From assembly GCA_036867785.1 (NCBI GenBank), contig CP145417.1, positions 558,001 to 622,000 of the forward strand: DNA of 64,000 bases. The letters run 5' to 3'. Shown piece by piece: positions 25,422 through 38,586 of the stretch. The stretch comes from Plasmodiophora brassicae. Its lineage: Eukaryota. Under the pieces are notes generated by a model. It did not search any database. It was not told the DNA's origin and saw only the letters and a program-made list of their open reading frames with translations. Both the position numbers and the translations under genes were made by a program. How positions within the stretch are numbered: the stretch's first letter is position 1; each line of letters opens with the position of its first letter.

Positions 25422-28400
25422 ATGGCGACCAAGTTCTTCACTCGGGTCCGCAAGACGCCCGTCCGATACAAATTCGAGATCTCGCTGATCGAGGTCCGAC
25501 TCAGCAAACCCGTCGACCTGCCCATCACGGTTCACTGATGCGGCTTCGCGTCTCTCCCCGCATCGCGCCTGACCTGTCTCTGCTTCAGATTACGTGGACG
25601 CGCGGCCGTAAACAGGTTCGAACGGGAGAGATTACCGGCCAGCAAGGCCGGTACAGGTGGACGTCACCGTTGAAGCTGGCATGTAATATCTACAAGGACG
25701 CCAGCCGGCCATCATCGCCATTCCAGACGAAACCATCGACGATCGCGCTGCAGATCAAACGGAGATCCGGCGACGTGAAACCGTTCGCTCAGGTTCGCGT
25801 TGACCTGGCTCAGTTCTGCCCAGCAACCGACAACTCGCTAGCGGATTCGCTTGCCGTTCGCGAGTTCCCATTGGATCAATGCCCCGATCCCGATGCAACC
25901 GTACCGCACATGCCCCGTCCGTCTCGCAATGCTGGAGCTTATGGTCGAACGTCAGATCACGATCCGGATCACGTCGACCTGTTTGAACGGGGCAGACGAC
26001 TTCCAGTCGGCGAGCGACGAGCCCAGCGAGAGTATCGCCCCGCGCAGGACAGGCAGGACCGGGTCGGCATCGTCCTCGGAATCCGCTGAGGAATCGTCCA
26101 CATTGCAACTGGATCGGCCGCCGACGACGACCACGACAGGGGGTGTTCGTGTCCAGGCCAAACCCGCCGACGAAGACGAACTTCGTGCCACTATCGCTGA
26201 CCTGGTCGGAACCGCGCCCCGCAAAGGGTACCCCGGGTTTAACGACGTTGCACAGGAAGCGAGGTTGGAGGCGGAACGGGGGCGGTTGAGGTCGACGGTT
26301 GACCAGGTGGACGACCTGTCGGCGCGCCTGTTCCAGCAGGAAGAATCAGAACGTCGAGCAACGCGAGTGGCGGACGTGGAGAAGGCGGCGTTGTTGCAAC
26401 GGGTGCAAGATTCGGCCCAGCAGGAGATTCGCCAGTACCGCTTGCGGATCGTCGATCTCGAGGCACAACTGAACGTATCACAACGTTCGCTGCAGGACGC
26501 GCTCAAACGCATGGACGTAAGTGACGCCAAAGTGGACGATGCGGTGGTCGACAAAGCCGGGGACCTGGACGTCCTCGAGAAGGTCGTCCTGGCCATGAAG
26601 GCGTCGATGAACGATGCTATCGAGCGGCAGAACCGCCAGGATCAGGTCATCGCCGACCTGCAACGCGACCTGGAACGAGAGCGCGACAAGGCGTCGGAGG
26701 CGATCAAGACGCAGCAGAAGATGCTGGCGGAAGGCGCGTCCGAATCGCGATTCGGCAAGCTGCGCCCTGTGAAATCCATCGGGAGCACATCGCCAGCGGC
26801 GGGTGCCGCGTCCAGCGAGATGGAGAAGGACCTGAAGCAAGCCGAGGAGAAGGTCGCCAGCCTGAGGAAAGAACTTGCGCAGGCACACGAGCAGGTCGCG
26901 ACCGCCACGAAATCCGCCAAGATCGCGGAAAGCGGCAAGATGATGGCGTCGAAGCAGTTGGAGCTCGAACGCAAGTGGCGGGAGACGCTCCAGCAGCAGA
27001 TCGCGAACGGTGCGGCGGGCGGGTCGCAGCCGGCGTCAGCGCCCGACGAGAAGCTTCGCGCCCAGGTTGCTGACCTCGAGGCGCAGCGCGCCGTCGCGTC
27101 CCAGCAGGGCGACTTGCTGCGCTCACGCGTCGCTGAACTCGAGGCGCAACTCGCTGGCGAACGCGACAAACTCCAGAAGGCGTTGGACGAGGCGAGAACC
27201 GCCCAAGAAGCGGCGCGCGACGCCTCCCGAACCGCTGCTGAGCTACGGGGGCAGGTTGGGAACGCCGGCCAGACGCGACGATTGGAGGAGGAGATCGAAG
27301 AGCTCAAAGCGGTGCACGCCCGCGAGTTGCAGATGCTGGCGGCGGCGAGCTCGCCGCGTTCCCGCCGATCGACGTCGATGCTGGAAGTCGACAACGTGCG
27401 CATGGAGCTGGAGAAGGAGCTGACGTCTGTGAAAGCGGATCTGGACACGGCGACGGCGGCGCAGGCGCGTCTCACGGCCGAGCTGAAACAGGTCAGCGAT
27501 GAGCGCGACCAACTGGCCAGCAAGGCCCGCGCGTCGGAAGGCTCGGGGACGATGGCCGCCCAGCAGCTCGTCATCGAACGCAAATGGCGCGAAGGACTGC
27601 AGCAGCAGCTGAACGACCTCGCCAAACGCGCGGACTCGTCGCCAGACAGCAGCAAGAAGGCGGACGAGTTGCAGCGACAGGTCCAAGAGGTGGGTGCCAC
27701 GGAGAAACTGCACATTGCACGCCGTGACAGTGAACGTTCGGTGAAGCTTCAGGAGCAGTTGCGCAAGGAGGCTGGCGAGTTGGAAGGCGCACGTCGTGAT
27801 GTGGAATTGGCCAGGCGTGACGTGGAGTCGGCCAGGCGTGAGGCGCAGGCGGCGACGCGAGAGACGCAGGCGGAACGAGCGGCGAAGGCGGCGGTGCAGG
27901 CCGAGATGAAGGCGTTGCAGGCGGCGCTGGATAGCAGCAGAGCGAGCGCGTCTGCGGCCGTGTCGCCGGAGGTGATCATGACGATGAAGAGGGAGAGGGA
28001 CGACCTCGTGCAGCGGGTCCGCGATGCGGAATTCGACCGCGACCGTCTGAACGGGGAGATCGACCGGCTTCGCGACCAGGTGGACGGCGTTGTCCGCGAG
28101 AAGAATGACCTTGGCAACATGAACGGACAGCTTCGCAAAGAGAACACGAACATGTCCAAGCAGCTGAAGCAGGCTCTGGCGGTGGGCGAGGCGACCGTCA
28201 GGAACGCGGTCCAGGACTTGAAGGCGAGCCCGACGTCGCCCTCGCGGTTGGATGATGCGCAAGCGAGGCTATGGGAGCGTCGGGCGAAGGACGCTGAAGA
28301 AATGCTGGTCATGGCGCAGAAATCGTTCGCAGAGACGACGAAGATCCTGGAGGAGCGGTCGGCCTTGCTGGATGCTGAGTTGAATGAGACGCGGGCGAGG

Positions 28401-28709
28401 TTGGTAGCGGCGACGCAGGAGCACGCTGAGAAGGACGAGGAGATCGAGAAGCTGAAGAAGAAGCTACAGCTCGGGTTCAAGGAGCGCCTCGATATGAGCG
28501 AGTACCTGAACGAGCTCGAGATTGACCTCGCGAACAACAAGGCGCGGTTCGTCGACACGATCGACGAGCTCAGCAACCTGGAGAACGAGAACATGCGATT
28601 GAGAGAGAAGCTTGCCAGCGTGGGCGTTAGTGTGTCCCCACAGCGCAAACCGAACCCCAGGTTTCCTGGTGACAACGTACCCATCAAACAGGCGACACAG
28701 TTGCCTTGA
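25422..28709 (+). CDS. N-terminal C2 (NT-C2, EEIG1/EHBP1-type) domain plus long coiled coil
   Basis: RYKFEISLIEV..ITWTRGRK..W..IYKD..FQTK..VDLAQF..PLDQCPD; long heptad-rich region follows. Confidence 0.8.
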
Positions 28710-28813
28710 CCAATCAGTGTGTACGGGGCGGGGCGCCTTGCCGTCAAATACAAACGTAGATTTGCCAGAGAAATACCCTGCATCATATGATTGTGTATAT
28801 ATGCATAAGTTAC

Positions 28814-31800
28814 CTAGAATTCCAAAAGAGGGTCAACGTCGCCGTCGATGAAGTTCTCGATGGTGTACTGGGTTGTAGGGTTTGGCCGCTTCTCGGGCAG
28901 GCTTACCATGCAATGGTTCAGTAGCCGGTCATCACCCAGGTCTTCGTCGATACGCCTCGTGACCCGCTCATCGACTGGCCGAGCGCACAACCCCAGTTGC
29001 GACAGATGAGTACTTGCTGAGCTCGACGGTGCCCACGTTCCCATCTGCGAACTAGACAGCGCAGTTGGAGTCGGTACGAGGGCTTCGGGTGAGTTCTGGG
29101 ACGACGGGGCTTGACCCGATGCTGATTGATCTTGATGACCAAGTGCACGCTCAGGCCGAGTAACGACTGATATGGGATCACGACTAGTGATGTTGATGGT
29201 AGAAATGGCGGGGACGTCCGGAAACTGAATGAGCGTTGCTTTCTCGGCAGCGTGTTTTCCAGCAACAGCTTGCGCATACCGCAGAATGTTTGCCCATAGC
29301 GGATCCTGACCCAGAGCAGATCGCGATCCGACAATAATGAGATGGTACTGCGGATACGGTCAGTGTAATCGTACGCATGGAATTTGCAATGACCTTACAC
29401 GAGCTCGTGACAGTGCAACGTTGAGGCGATAAGGACAGTTCGTAAACCCGACACCTGAGCTGCGAACACACGAAAGGATTATAATGTCCTTCTCAGACCC
29501 TTGAAATGCATCGACAGTGGATATTTGAATATCCTGGTCGCCAAGGTCAATGGTTTCTTGAAGAACAGACCGCAGGCGAGCTTCCTGTGATTTGTACCTA
29601 TAAACCCATTGGTAAATACGGACGGAGCAACCGTTTGTGATCGCGGCCATGCGTACAAGGCAATAATTCCAATCGAAGCACACTTGAGGCTGTTGACGGA
29701 TGTTATGATGCGAACCAGCTTGCAGATGACCCCAATTTCATCTGAAAGGGGAACGACTGAATTGGATGGGCAGAAAGCATTACACCTGATTCTCGGACCT
29801 TGATTATACAGACTGCCACCGGCTGTTGATAGCTGCTGGCTCTTGCGCTGCGACATGTCGATGAAAGCCAGAGGAGGACATCCGACCAAAATCTCTTCGC
29901 GATCATGGAGCGACACACCGTCTACAACCGTATCTGCTTCAGCAAGCAACGGCATATGGATAGGTTACACAACAGACCCTTCAACTGATCTTTGTAGAAC
30001 AGGCGACTGCACAGAAGACTGAGACTTGGGTGGCAACGATACTGCCACATGTTTACACGTTAGGTTACCGCTGATGTACGCCGCGGCTCTCGAACCTGAC
30101 CTGGGTATCTAGCATAATTGTCGGCAGCCCAGCTCGATGGAGACGGACGAACATTGTTTTCCTTAAATCATCTCCATCCGAAGAACCGCTGCGTTTGTCA
30201 GATAGTCGTTGAACACTTGGGGACCTCCCAAACGTACCAGACAAGGTTGGACGACATCAGTGTTGGAGGTAGCTGCACGGGGTCGCTTTGAGGGGCGTCA
30301 GATGACTATATTCTCATAAGCACCTTTCGGGCCGTACCCAACAAGGACCGCGCGAGCGGAATTGAATTTGGTCAACGGGAGTAAGCTCAGGCTCTACACA
30401 CAGTCAGTCAGCCGAAGTTGCCTTCCAGATAAACCAGATGCGACCTCAATCATTTGTGAGCACTCGTCAAGCACCACAAAAGTAAATTCGCTCTCAGAAA
30501 AGACGGTTAGTTCGGTCGCTGCACAGGTTGCTCCGACAACCCGTCGCGACTTCAATCTCTCGGCACGGGCCATCGTTTTCTGGAATGACAACTCCTCAAT
30601 TGCCTTACGAATATGGCAGCGATCGGCAGGTGTTGTCTCTGGATCAGAAAGCATTTCCCGGTACTGCTGAATGGCAATAGCATCACTTTCTTCTTGGCTG
30701 GACGCCTTTTCACTCCTGCAATACAAATTTTAAACTATCCCTAAATTGTGTGTAGGAATGGTGGTGCTTACCAATGCATGACGAACTGCAGTAACGGTTT
30801 CGCGACACGTTTTACGGAGCCAACGCGTGAAAAGTCTGTGAACTGACGATCTTGCAAACTCAGCAAGATGCGGTCGACAGCAACATTGGTGAGAGACGCA
30901 ATCAAAATGCGACTTGAGTTGTCGCCAAGAATATCGAACGCACGACAGAGAAAAATGACAGTTGCGGCGAGAAGATGACTCTTGCCCTGGAAAGTGAGCG
31001 TTACTGCTCGTGTAGCATAGTCACTAACGCTGCAAATACATACCGATCCAAATACGCCATGAACAAGGACGAACGGCGACTTGCAGTCTGGCTTAGCTTC
31101 TGGATGGAACCATTCTGCAACGGATCGTATGACCCTTTGCTGGCAGTCGTTCAATGTGAAGTCCTATCCATTTTGAATCAGATTTGCGATCCAGCATCCT
31201 CTACTTGGAAATACATGTATGATATCGTCGACGAGGGTTTCAAGTGAGCTGCAGCCTTCAACCGTTACTTGAATCCCATTGGACTCCGGAACCCGCTTTG
31301 ACGTTAACATCCCTCGAAAGTTGCCAGCTCTCATAGGATCTAGTATAGATCGGAGAAGAGGAGGGCTTCGGCTTTCGCCGCTGCGTTCCAAGAACAGGAG
31401 GTGTTGTAACATTGACACCTCGGTATGAATATTTGGCGCGCGAATGGCGAACAGGTGCTCGTGTTTCCCTGGTTCATCATGTTAGTCACGCTTACGTGCA
31501 GACGCAGCTCATTAGAAACCTTTCGCCTTCACTGGAGCAGGAAGAGTACTTCCAGGCAACAAAGCAATTTCGAGAAACCCTGTCTTCGCCGGGGCGTGAT
31601 AACTGCCATTAAAAGTCAGCATCACGTAGAAAAAGAAATATTCCTGGATATACAGTGCCGATGCAATGATTGTCCAGCTGCGCAGGTCCGTCTCTTGCTG
31701 GAAAGACGGCGAATTCGACACAATCCAGCAATCGTGAAGAGCGAATGTCGACGATGGTTCCTTGGTTTCAACCTTCAAGAAAAGTCTGCCAGTGGACGGC

Positions 31801-33329
31801 CCATTGCCAGAATTATGATTACTCTACGCAAACGTCAGATCTCAAGTCGATGCATTTTGCATGCGCCAATGTACCTGTCGAATCAGCTCACAGGAAGAGT
31901 AATATGCAACGTGGTGAGAATTGTAGAACTTCTGGCGCTGTTTGTGCCCATCTATGGGTATCTCGAAAAGTGGCGGATACCTTGTTGTTTCTGCAACGAT
32001 GTCATCCTAACCACATCATGAGCATCTTCAACATTGTAAAGGTAATAACATACTCTGGGAACAGTATAACTGCAGTCTCGCCGCCGGCAGCGGAGCGTGG
32101 GCTTACTGTTGTCTTTGAAATTCGTTAACTCCAGAATACCTGTAACAAAGAATTGAGTGGGAACCGATTGCGTGTCATTTGCAAAGGCTACGGTACCTCC
32201 GTGTTTCGTACATCGAGGCCAACCATGTAGCTCGGTCGGCTGACGTGGGAAAGGAGCGTTTGACGCATCGGTTATTTGCCAATACAGGAGGGCAAATGCT
32301 AAAGAAAGCTCATCTGCAAAGGTTATCAGCTAATGCAAGACCAAATAGGGTCGGCGCTAATTACTTAGCATGTAGTTGATCTCAAATATTACAGCACTAA
32401 AGAACGCTGCAAACGTTTCAGAAACTTGCGAGACAGTCAGACACGAATTTGTCTACAGTTGACGTATGACCGAACATCGGAGAACTTGTCGGGAATGGAA
32501 ACCCTATGTAATGTAACACCATCGACGAGTGCAATGAGCTGCGGAAGGCATTGTTCTGGTCCCAGAAACACAGGTTGCCGGCCACCAGGTTTCAGACGTT
32601 GTACTGGTCCTGCCTTGTGGGGCAATGAAAACTTGGGCCTCTTACGAGCCTCGGGCCCAGCAATCGTGTTTACTGTCTGTCGTAAACATCAGCACTCAGT
32701 ATTTTACTTGAATCCGATACTCATACATACCTTTGACAGTGTTACGATCGAATTTGACACAGGTTGCAGCGCGATCCTGGCCATCGTTCGGGGCGCAGCT
32801 GTGTCTTATCTCAGTTCATGGAGTTCAGTGGAAAACGTTTCGCATACTGCGTTCGATGGTCCGCTGAGACGTGCTTGGAACAGTTGGCAGGGCCTATGAC
32901 GTCCTCTACCTCAGATCGATACGTGAATAAGATGCTGATCTGAACCTGTGAGCCTGCGATGTCAACGATGCCATCAACCTCAACCAGGAAATTCGGCAAA
33001 TCAATCTGTAGACCAGACTCGATCGTCTGACCCATCTTCAGGAAGCACTCATCGATGGCATCAGACGCCTTGCCAGGCTGATCCTCGAACAGCATTATCT
33101 GCACCCAACGTCAGGCCCCTGTAGGACGTTCGATACCGCGCGCTGAGAACCTTGCGGTTCGACATCTGCATCAGGTACCCGTCCTGCCATCGCTTATTCT
33201 TCTGTATCTGTTGGCGCCGCTCAGACGAGTCGATACATCGGGTGGACCACTGCTGCAGCCGGATACCTTCATCTTCGTATACGTCACCTGCCACAGGCTC
33301 GTCGACGGCGGGGCGCCTGTCGACGACAT
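28814..33329 (-). CDS. ZGRF1: ZGRF1-like protein: N-terminal DUF2439 plus UPF1/DNA2-like SF1 helicase, multi-exon
   Basis: Spliced [76 protein letters not shown]; no GRF zinc finger recognised by eye. Confidence 0.85.
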
Positions 33330-33584
33330 AACCCCGCAGCGCCACTGAACCGCCAAATGAGCTACTCTCACTATCCCAGTCAGAATTGGGGGGCAGCAAA
33401 CCCCCAGCAGCTACACCATCAACTTTAGGTCGAATTACGAGCAACGTTGGCTACATTAATTGGCGAGCACCGATGGCCGTCGCCGGGACCCTTCCTTCGA
33501 GGAGTCAGCTCGGCATCAGCTGCATCACCGACAGTGAGTTGCCGTCACAGGTTGTTCTGCATAGGTAGGGACGGCGGGTTGTCG

Positions 33585-34043
33585 ATGGCTCTGCAGGGAG
33601 CCTCGCTTCAGAACTACAACATCGAGTTGGCGAAATGTGGGTGCAGAGATGCGGTGCCGTTGGCTAGAGGTTGACTGGGTCGACAAAGGTATCGAAGACC
33701 TGCGGGAGAAGCGCGATCGCGTTTGCCAGGCCATGACCAAGGACGAGCGCGACCGGGTCGCTGTGCAGAAGGAGCTGACTGCGCTGACGGAGAAGTACCA
33801 TAAGCTTGAGGAGAGCATTGCAAAGAAGAAGGAGACCGTCGAGGAGTACGACCGCACGATCCGCGAAACCGAAGCGGCGTACATGAAGGTTTGGCCACAA
33901 CCCCAGAACGCCCGCGCCCTATTACTGATCGAATCGTTGCGCCGAAGATCCTGGAAAGCTCACAGACCTTGCTGCACGTACTGAAACGGGAGACCCAGAA
34001 CCTGTCCAAACGCCGGCTCAGTGATGAAACCCTTAAACAATGA
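33585..34043 (+). CDS. SSNA1: SSNA1/NA14/DIP13 centriole-flagellum coiled-coil protein (2 introns)
   Basis: [56 protein letters not shown]. Confidence 0.95.
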
Positions 34044-34233
34044 AATGGGTCACCCAACGGAAAGCGTGCACCCGCCTGACCTTCAAAATCGGATCGCTGG
34101 CTGCGCCGAAGTGGGATGAAACGTGAACGCCGGTACAGTAACCTTGGACACCTTACCAGTCGCACGGCAGGCCGCTCTTCTGCTGAATGCTGCTGCCGTC
34201 ACAACGTTCTGAGGCGTGTGCCGTTAAACGCCG

Positions 34234-37200
34234 ATGGGGATCTCGTGGTCGAGCGAATTCGACTACACAAAGGACTTGCTGGCCGATACTGTACTTCAGT
34301 CGGCGTGCATCGGACACGAACCCGGATGCGACCCGAACGTCAGAGAGCAACCGTTGCCGTGCTTTGCTCGCTCTCAAAGCAGCGCTGCTGGAACAGGAGT
34401 ATTCCAAAACGTATCGCGCTAAAAGCGCTGAGAAAGGCCTCCTGCGGTACGCCTTCGAAGGCACCAGCGAAGAATGCAGGACAATCTGGGACATTGCAAC
34501 GTTAGGCAACCGCCCCTGATGTCTCATCGAGCGTCTGATTCCATTAACAATAGGCGTGCTTCGAAACTATTCGCTGACAGGGAATAGTATGGCGCTGTGG
34601 CACGAGGACTGTTTGTCTCGAACGTGACGCTTTCTTTCAGCTTTGGTGTTCGCGTGGATGGCGTCTACAAGTGGCAGACGTACTCGCAAGTGTATCAGAA
34701 GGTAACATGTGTCATATCGTCTGGAAGTTCGTGACTGGCTCAGAAGATCTAGATGCTGGCGATTGGCGCCGCGTTGCGCTCCATGGGTTGCCAGCGGGGG
34801 TCGTCCATTGGCATCATGGCTCCGAATCGCCCCGAATGGGTCATCACCGCGTTTGGCGCCTACTCGCAGACACTGAGCGTTGTGGCGTTATGTAAGTCGC
34901 ACCAGAGCCTACATGTGGGGGGTCAGCTGAGGCCTAGTGAAGATTCGACGCTCGGTCCCAATGCCGTCGAGTACATTCTGAACCACGCCGAGCTGACAAT
35001 CCTGTTTGTCGCCAAGAAGCACCTGGTTGAAATTCTGCCGATCCTGTCGAAGACGAAGGTTCGGCATGTGGTCCAGTTCGATGTCGACAAGGAGGCGTAC
35101 GGCAACGTTAAGGACGCCGTCGATGCGAAAGACGTTGATGCAGCCCGCCAATCTGGGGTTGAACTTATTGGGTTCTCGACATTGATTCAGAAAGGTCGGC
35201 GACGATATCTGAGAGATGACGACGCTAACCTGAATGCGCCCGGAAGGAATCGCATCCGGGTTGCAGCCGGATGCGCCCGGGCCAGAGGACCTCGCGTACA
35301 TCATGTACACGAGTGGAACAACGGGGAACCCCAAAGGTGCCTGCTTAACACATGTCAACATCATCAGCACGGTGGCCGCCGTCGAGACCATCTTCAAACT
35401 GCTCGACAGCGACGTTCAGTAAGGCGGGAGCAGCCTTGTCGAACGCGGCACAGTCTGACAGCAGGTCAACCAGCTACTCGTTTCTGCCACTGGCACACAT
35501 CTTCGAAACAGGTATCGACGCGTACGTAAAGGGCCAGGTTAACCACTAACGCTCTGTGCGAGCAGATGTCCAGGTGCGGGGTCCCCCTGGTGTTTCCTGA
35601 AGGATGCGTGTTGAGAGTTCGGGACGCAGGTCGGAATGGCAATGCGCGGTGCACGAGTGGGCTTCTGGCAGGATGACATCAGGCAACTGGTTGAAGACCT
35701 GTGCGCCCTGCAACCGACCATCATGTTCGGTGTCCCTCGGGTATTCACGCGCATCTACCAGAAGGTTGGCGGTCTGGAACGGCTGCGTTGCATGTGTTTT
35801 GAGACGGACGAAGGTGTTCGCAGGCGTCGACACGAAATTCTGCCTTGTGCGGGCGCTGTTCCATCGAGCGTACGCTTACCAGGCTGATGCGCTTCGCAAA
35901 CGATACCCGCGAAGCGCACTCTACGACAACCTCGTCAGGACTGGTCCAATAGTATACGTCATGGATCTATTTACTTTTCAACTGTAGGTGTTCTCCAAGG
36001 CGGCGGCACAGGTTGGTCTCGGGAATTGCAGAATCATTGTCTCTGTACGTATCGAACGATTTTACATCGTGACGCTTTTATCATTTCAACCCAGGGTGCT
36101 GCACCGTTGCCGCCCTACCTATGTGAGTTCCTGAAGATTCTCTTCAATTGCCCAGTCCTTCAGGTACGTTTGGCCGTGTTCACGTCATCACACTGCCGCC
36201 CAGGCGGATTCAATTCGGCAGGGATATGGCATGACGGAGACAGCGGCGGCCGTAACAATATCGCTGCCGACGTGCCCTAACTTGGGACATGTGGGGCCAC
36301 CAGTCGCCTCCTCTGAACTACGTTTGAGATCTGTGCCGGAAATGAATTACAATGTAAGGCACTATCACGTCATCGTACGTTTGATCATGGCGACCTTAAC
36401 GAATTCCAGGTCACTGATGAACATCCGCGGGGAGAGATCCAGATGCGTGGCAGCAACATATTCAAAGGTATCGTTCCAAAGATGACGGCCGGTAAACGCG
36501 CTTATTCCCATTACCACGAATAGGTTACTTCAAGAACGAAGAGGCCACAGAGGGCGTCCTCAATGACGGGTGGATGAGCTCGGGCGATATCGGCCGTCTG
36601 AACCCGAACGGCACATTTTCCATCATCGGTGACGTCGTCTTCGTATGTCGCCTCCTACCGGCTGACATTTCGCTCCAGACCGAAAGAAGAACATATTCAA
36701 GTTGTCGCAAGGAGAGTCAGTATCCAATGCTAGTCGTTTCGAGAGGACAACCTCTAATGGACAGCGCTATCTAGATACGTCGCTGCAGAAATGGTCGAAG
36801 CCGCGTACGGCAAGTCGCCCATGGTGTCCCAGATCTGGATCTACGGGAACAGTTACAAGTCCTTCGTTGTGGGCGTAGTTGTCCCCAATTCCGAGCGTTT
36901 CATCGAAATAGGCCGATCCAAAGTAGGCTCAGGAAACAACCACCCCTGTGAGCTCCTACTAACAAAGGGACGCAACGTCTTGTAGGGCTGGTATACCGGG
37001 CCTGGCTTTACTGCCGACGGTTATCCAGAAGCATTCGCCAAGCTCTGGGACGAACACCTACCAGAACTGAAGCACGAGCTCATTGCTAGCCTTCGTGACT
37101 TCGAGGCCGACTTGAAAGGATTTGAAAAGGTTCGCGCCCTGGCCGGATGGCTGGTAGTTTCGCTCGCTGAAGTGCTGCCCAGGCGCGCGATTTCATTGTG

Positions 37201-37371
37201 GAATTTAACGTTAACAACATGGGCCTTGGCTTCACGGAGGAGAACGAAATGTTGACGCCAACGTTCAAGCTGCGACGCGCCAACCTTCTCAAGACGTACA
37301 TGGCCAAGCTTCGCGACACGTACAAAGCGAACGGCGAGCCACCCAGTGCTGACGAGATTTGGTCGGGTTGA
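34234..37371 (+). CDS. Long-chain acyl-CoA synthetase, multi-exon including an 8-nt micro-exon
   Basis: [62 protein letters not shown]. Confidence 0.95.
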
Positions 37372-37410
37372 TTTGTTCGCCGCACATCATACAGTCCGAT
37401 GCCTGCTTGG

Positions 37411-38225
37411 CTATATTACTGGAACAACAAGCTTAGTCGTGGTGTCGCTTGGGCCTGGTACGGTGTCAGGTTGCGGCGCCGGTTTCTCCTCGTCGTCTTC
37501 GTGCGCGAATGTGACATGTCTCGGTTCGGCGCTCTTCCCACTCCGCATCGGGGAACGATTCTGCTTAGCGCGTCGAGCAGAGGGCGGCGGTTCTGTCGGC
37601 GGTGCAGGCGGTTCACTAACAGCAGACAGCTCCACATGCGGATGCGCTCGTTTCCAGATGTTGTACAGACGAACATGCTCCTCGTACTTGATGATGACTT
37701 GCCCAGCCGCCTGCGCGAACGCGCTCCTGAAACAGGTCGTGAAATGATTCATCAGGTGCGCATTGAAAGCCGCATCGCTCTGGATGTCGATCAATGTGCC
37801 GGTCGCCTGGTCCAACGTATCGAGGTCAACAGCAACCCCATCACTAATGTCCACGAACGCGAATGCGTCCCGTTCGAGGGCCGAGGTGTTCACCTAGGTA
37901 AACATCTTCGCGTAAGGTCATGTCAGCTCATACGGAAACGGGGACGGACGCTTCGAATGGCACAGCGAGTGCAAACGCGTTGAGGGACGTCGGCGTGGAA
38001 CCCGAACTGGGGCAAGTACTCGGTGTAGGGACTGCACGTGGAGCAAACGGTGTGCCCGCACGCTCGGCAGTGATGCCGACGGAACAGCAGGGTGAAGACG
38101 GCACCACAGTGGGAGCACGCTGGTCCCTGCCCTTCCCAAGTGATCAACGACGGCCGCGACGCCGACTGTGCATGGTCGTTAAAGCGCCGGCCGGGAGTCG
38201 ACGAACTCCTGCTTACTGCTCCCAT
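37411..38225 (-). CDS. FYVE zinc-finger protein (2 exons)
   Basis: W..CSHC..F..RRHHCRACGHTVCSTCS..RVCTRC; start MGAVSRS inferred. Confidence 0.85.
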
Positions 38226-38586
38226 GGCGCGAGGTCGGTAACTGGTTATGGATGCCGCCGCGTCGGCATATGGGCGCGACAAGTGCCAGTGATATTACCC
38301 CGAATGATTTCGGTTGGTCCGATCCAGCTGGGATATTTTGTAATGCCATAGACAATAGGCCAGATTCGAGTCGACGTTTCCGCCAGGGATGGACTTGCGC
38401 TACGTAGCCTCAATACCTATAGGCGGATGTCAGCTACAGGATCGCAACGAATTGAAAATGCCGACCTTCTTAGATTAAATAGATCTGAATCAGCATTCAA
38501 TCATCGCGAGGTCTTCGTCAGCCATCGGGTTCGATACGCGCGTGCTTCGATCGCCTTCCAGGGCATGTCAAAGGCAACCTCTGCGT

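Noticed and set aside
25952-28786. Long antisense ORFs (214-357 aa) opposite the coiled-coil gene
   Set aside because: Shadow frames from biased GC-rich codon usage; no motifs.
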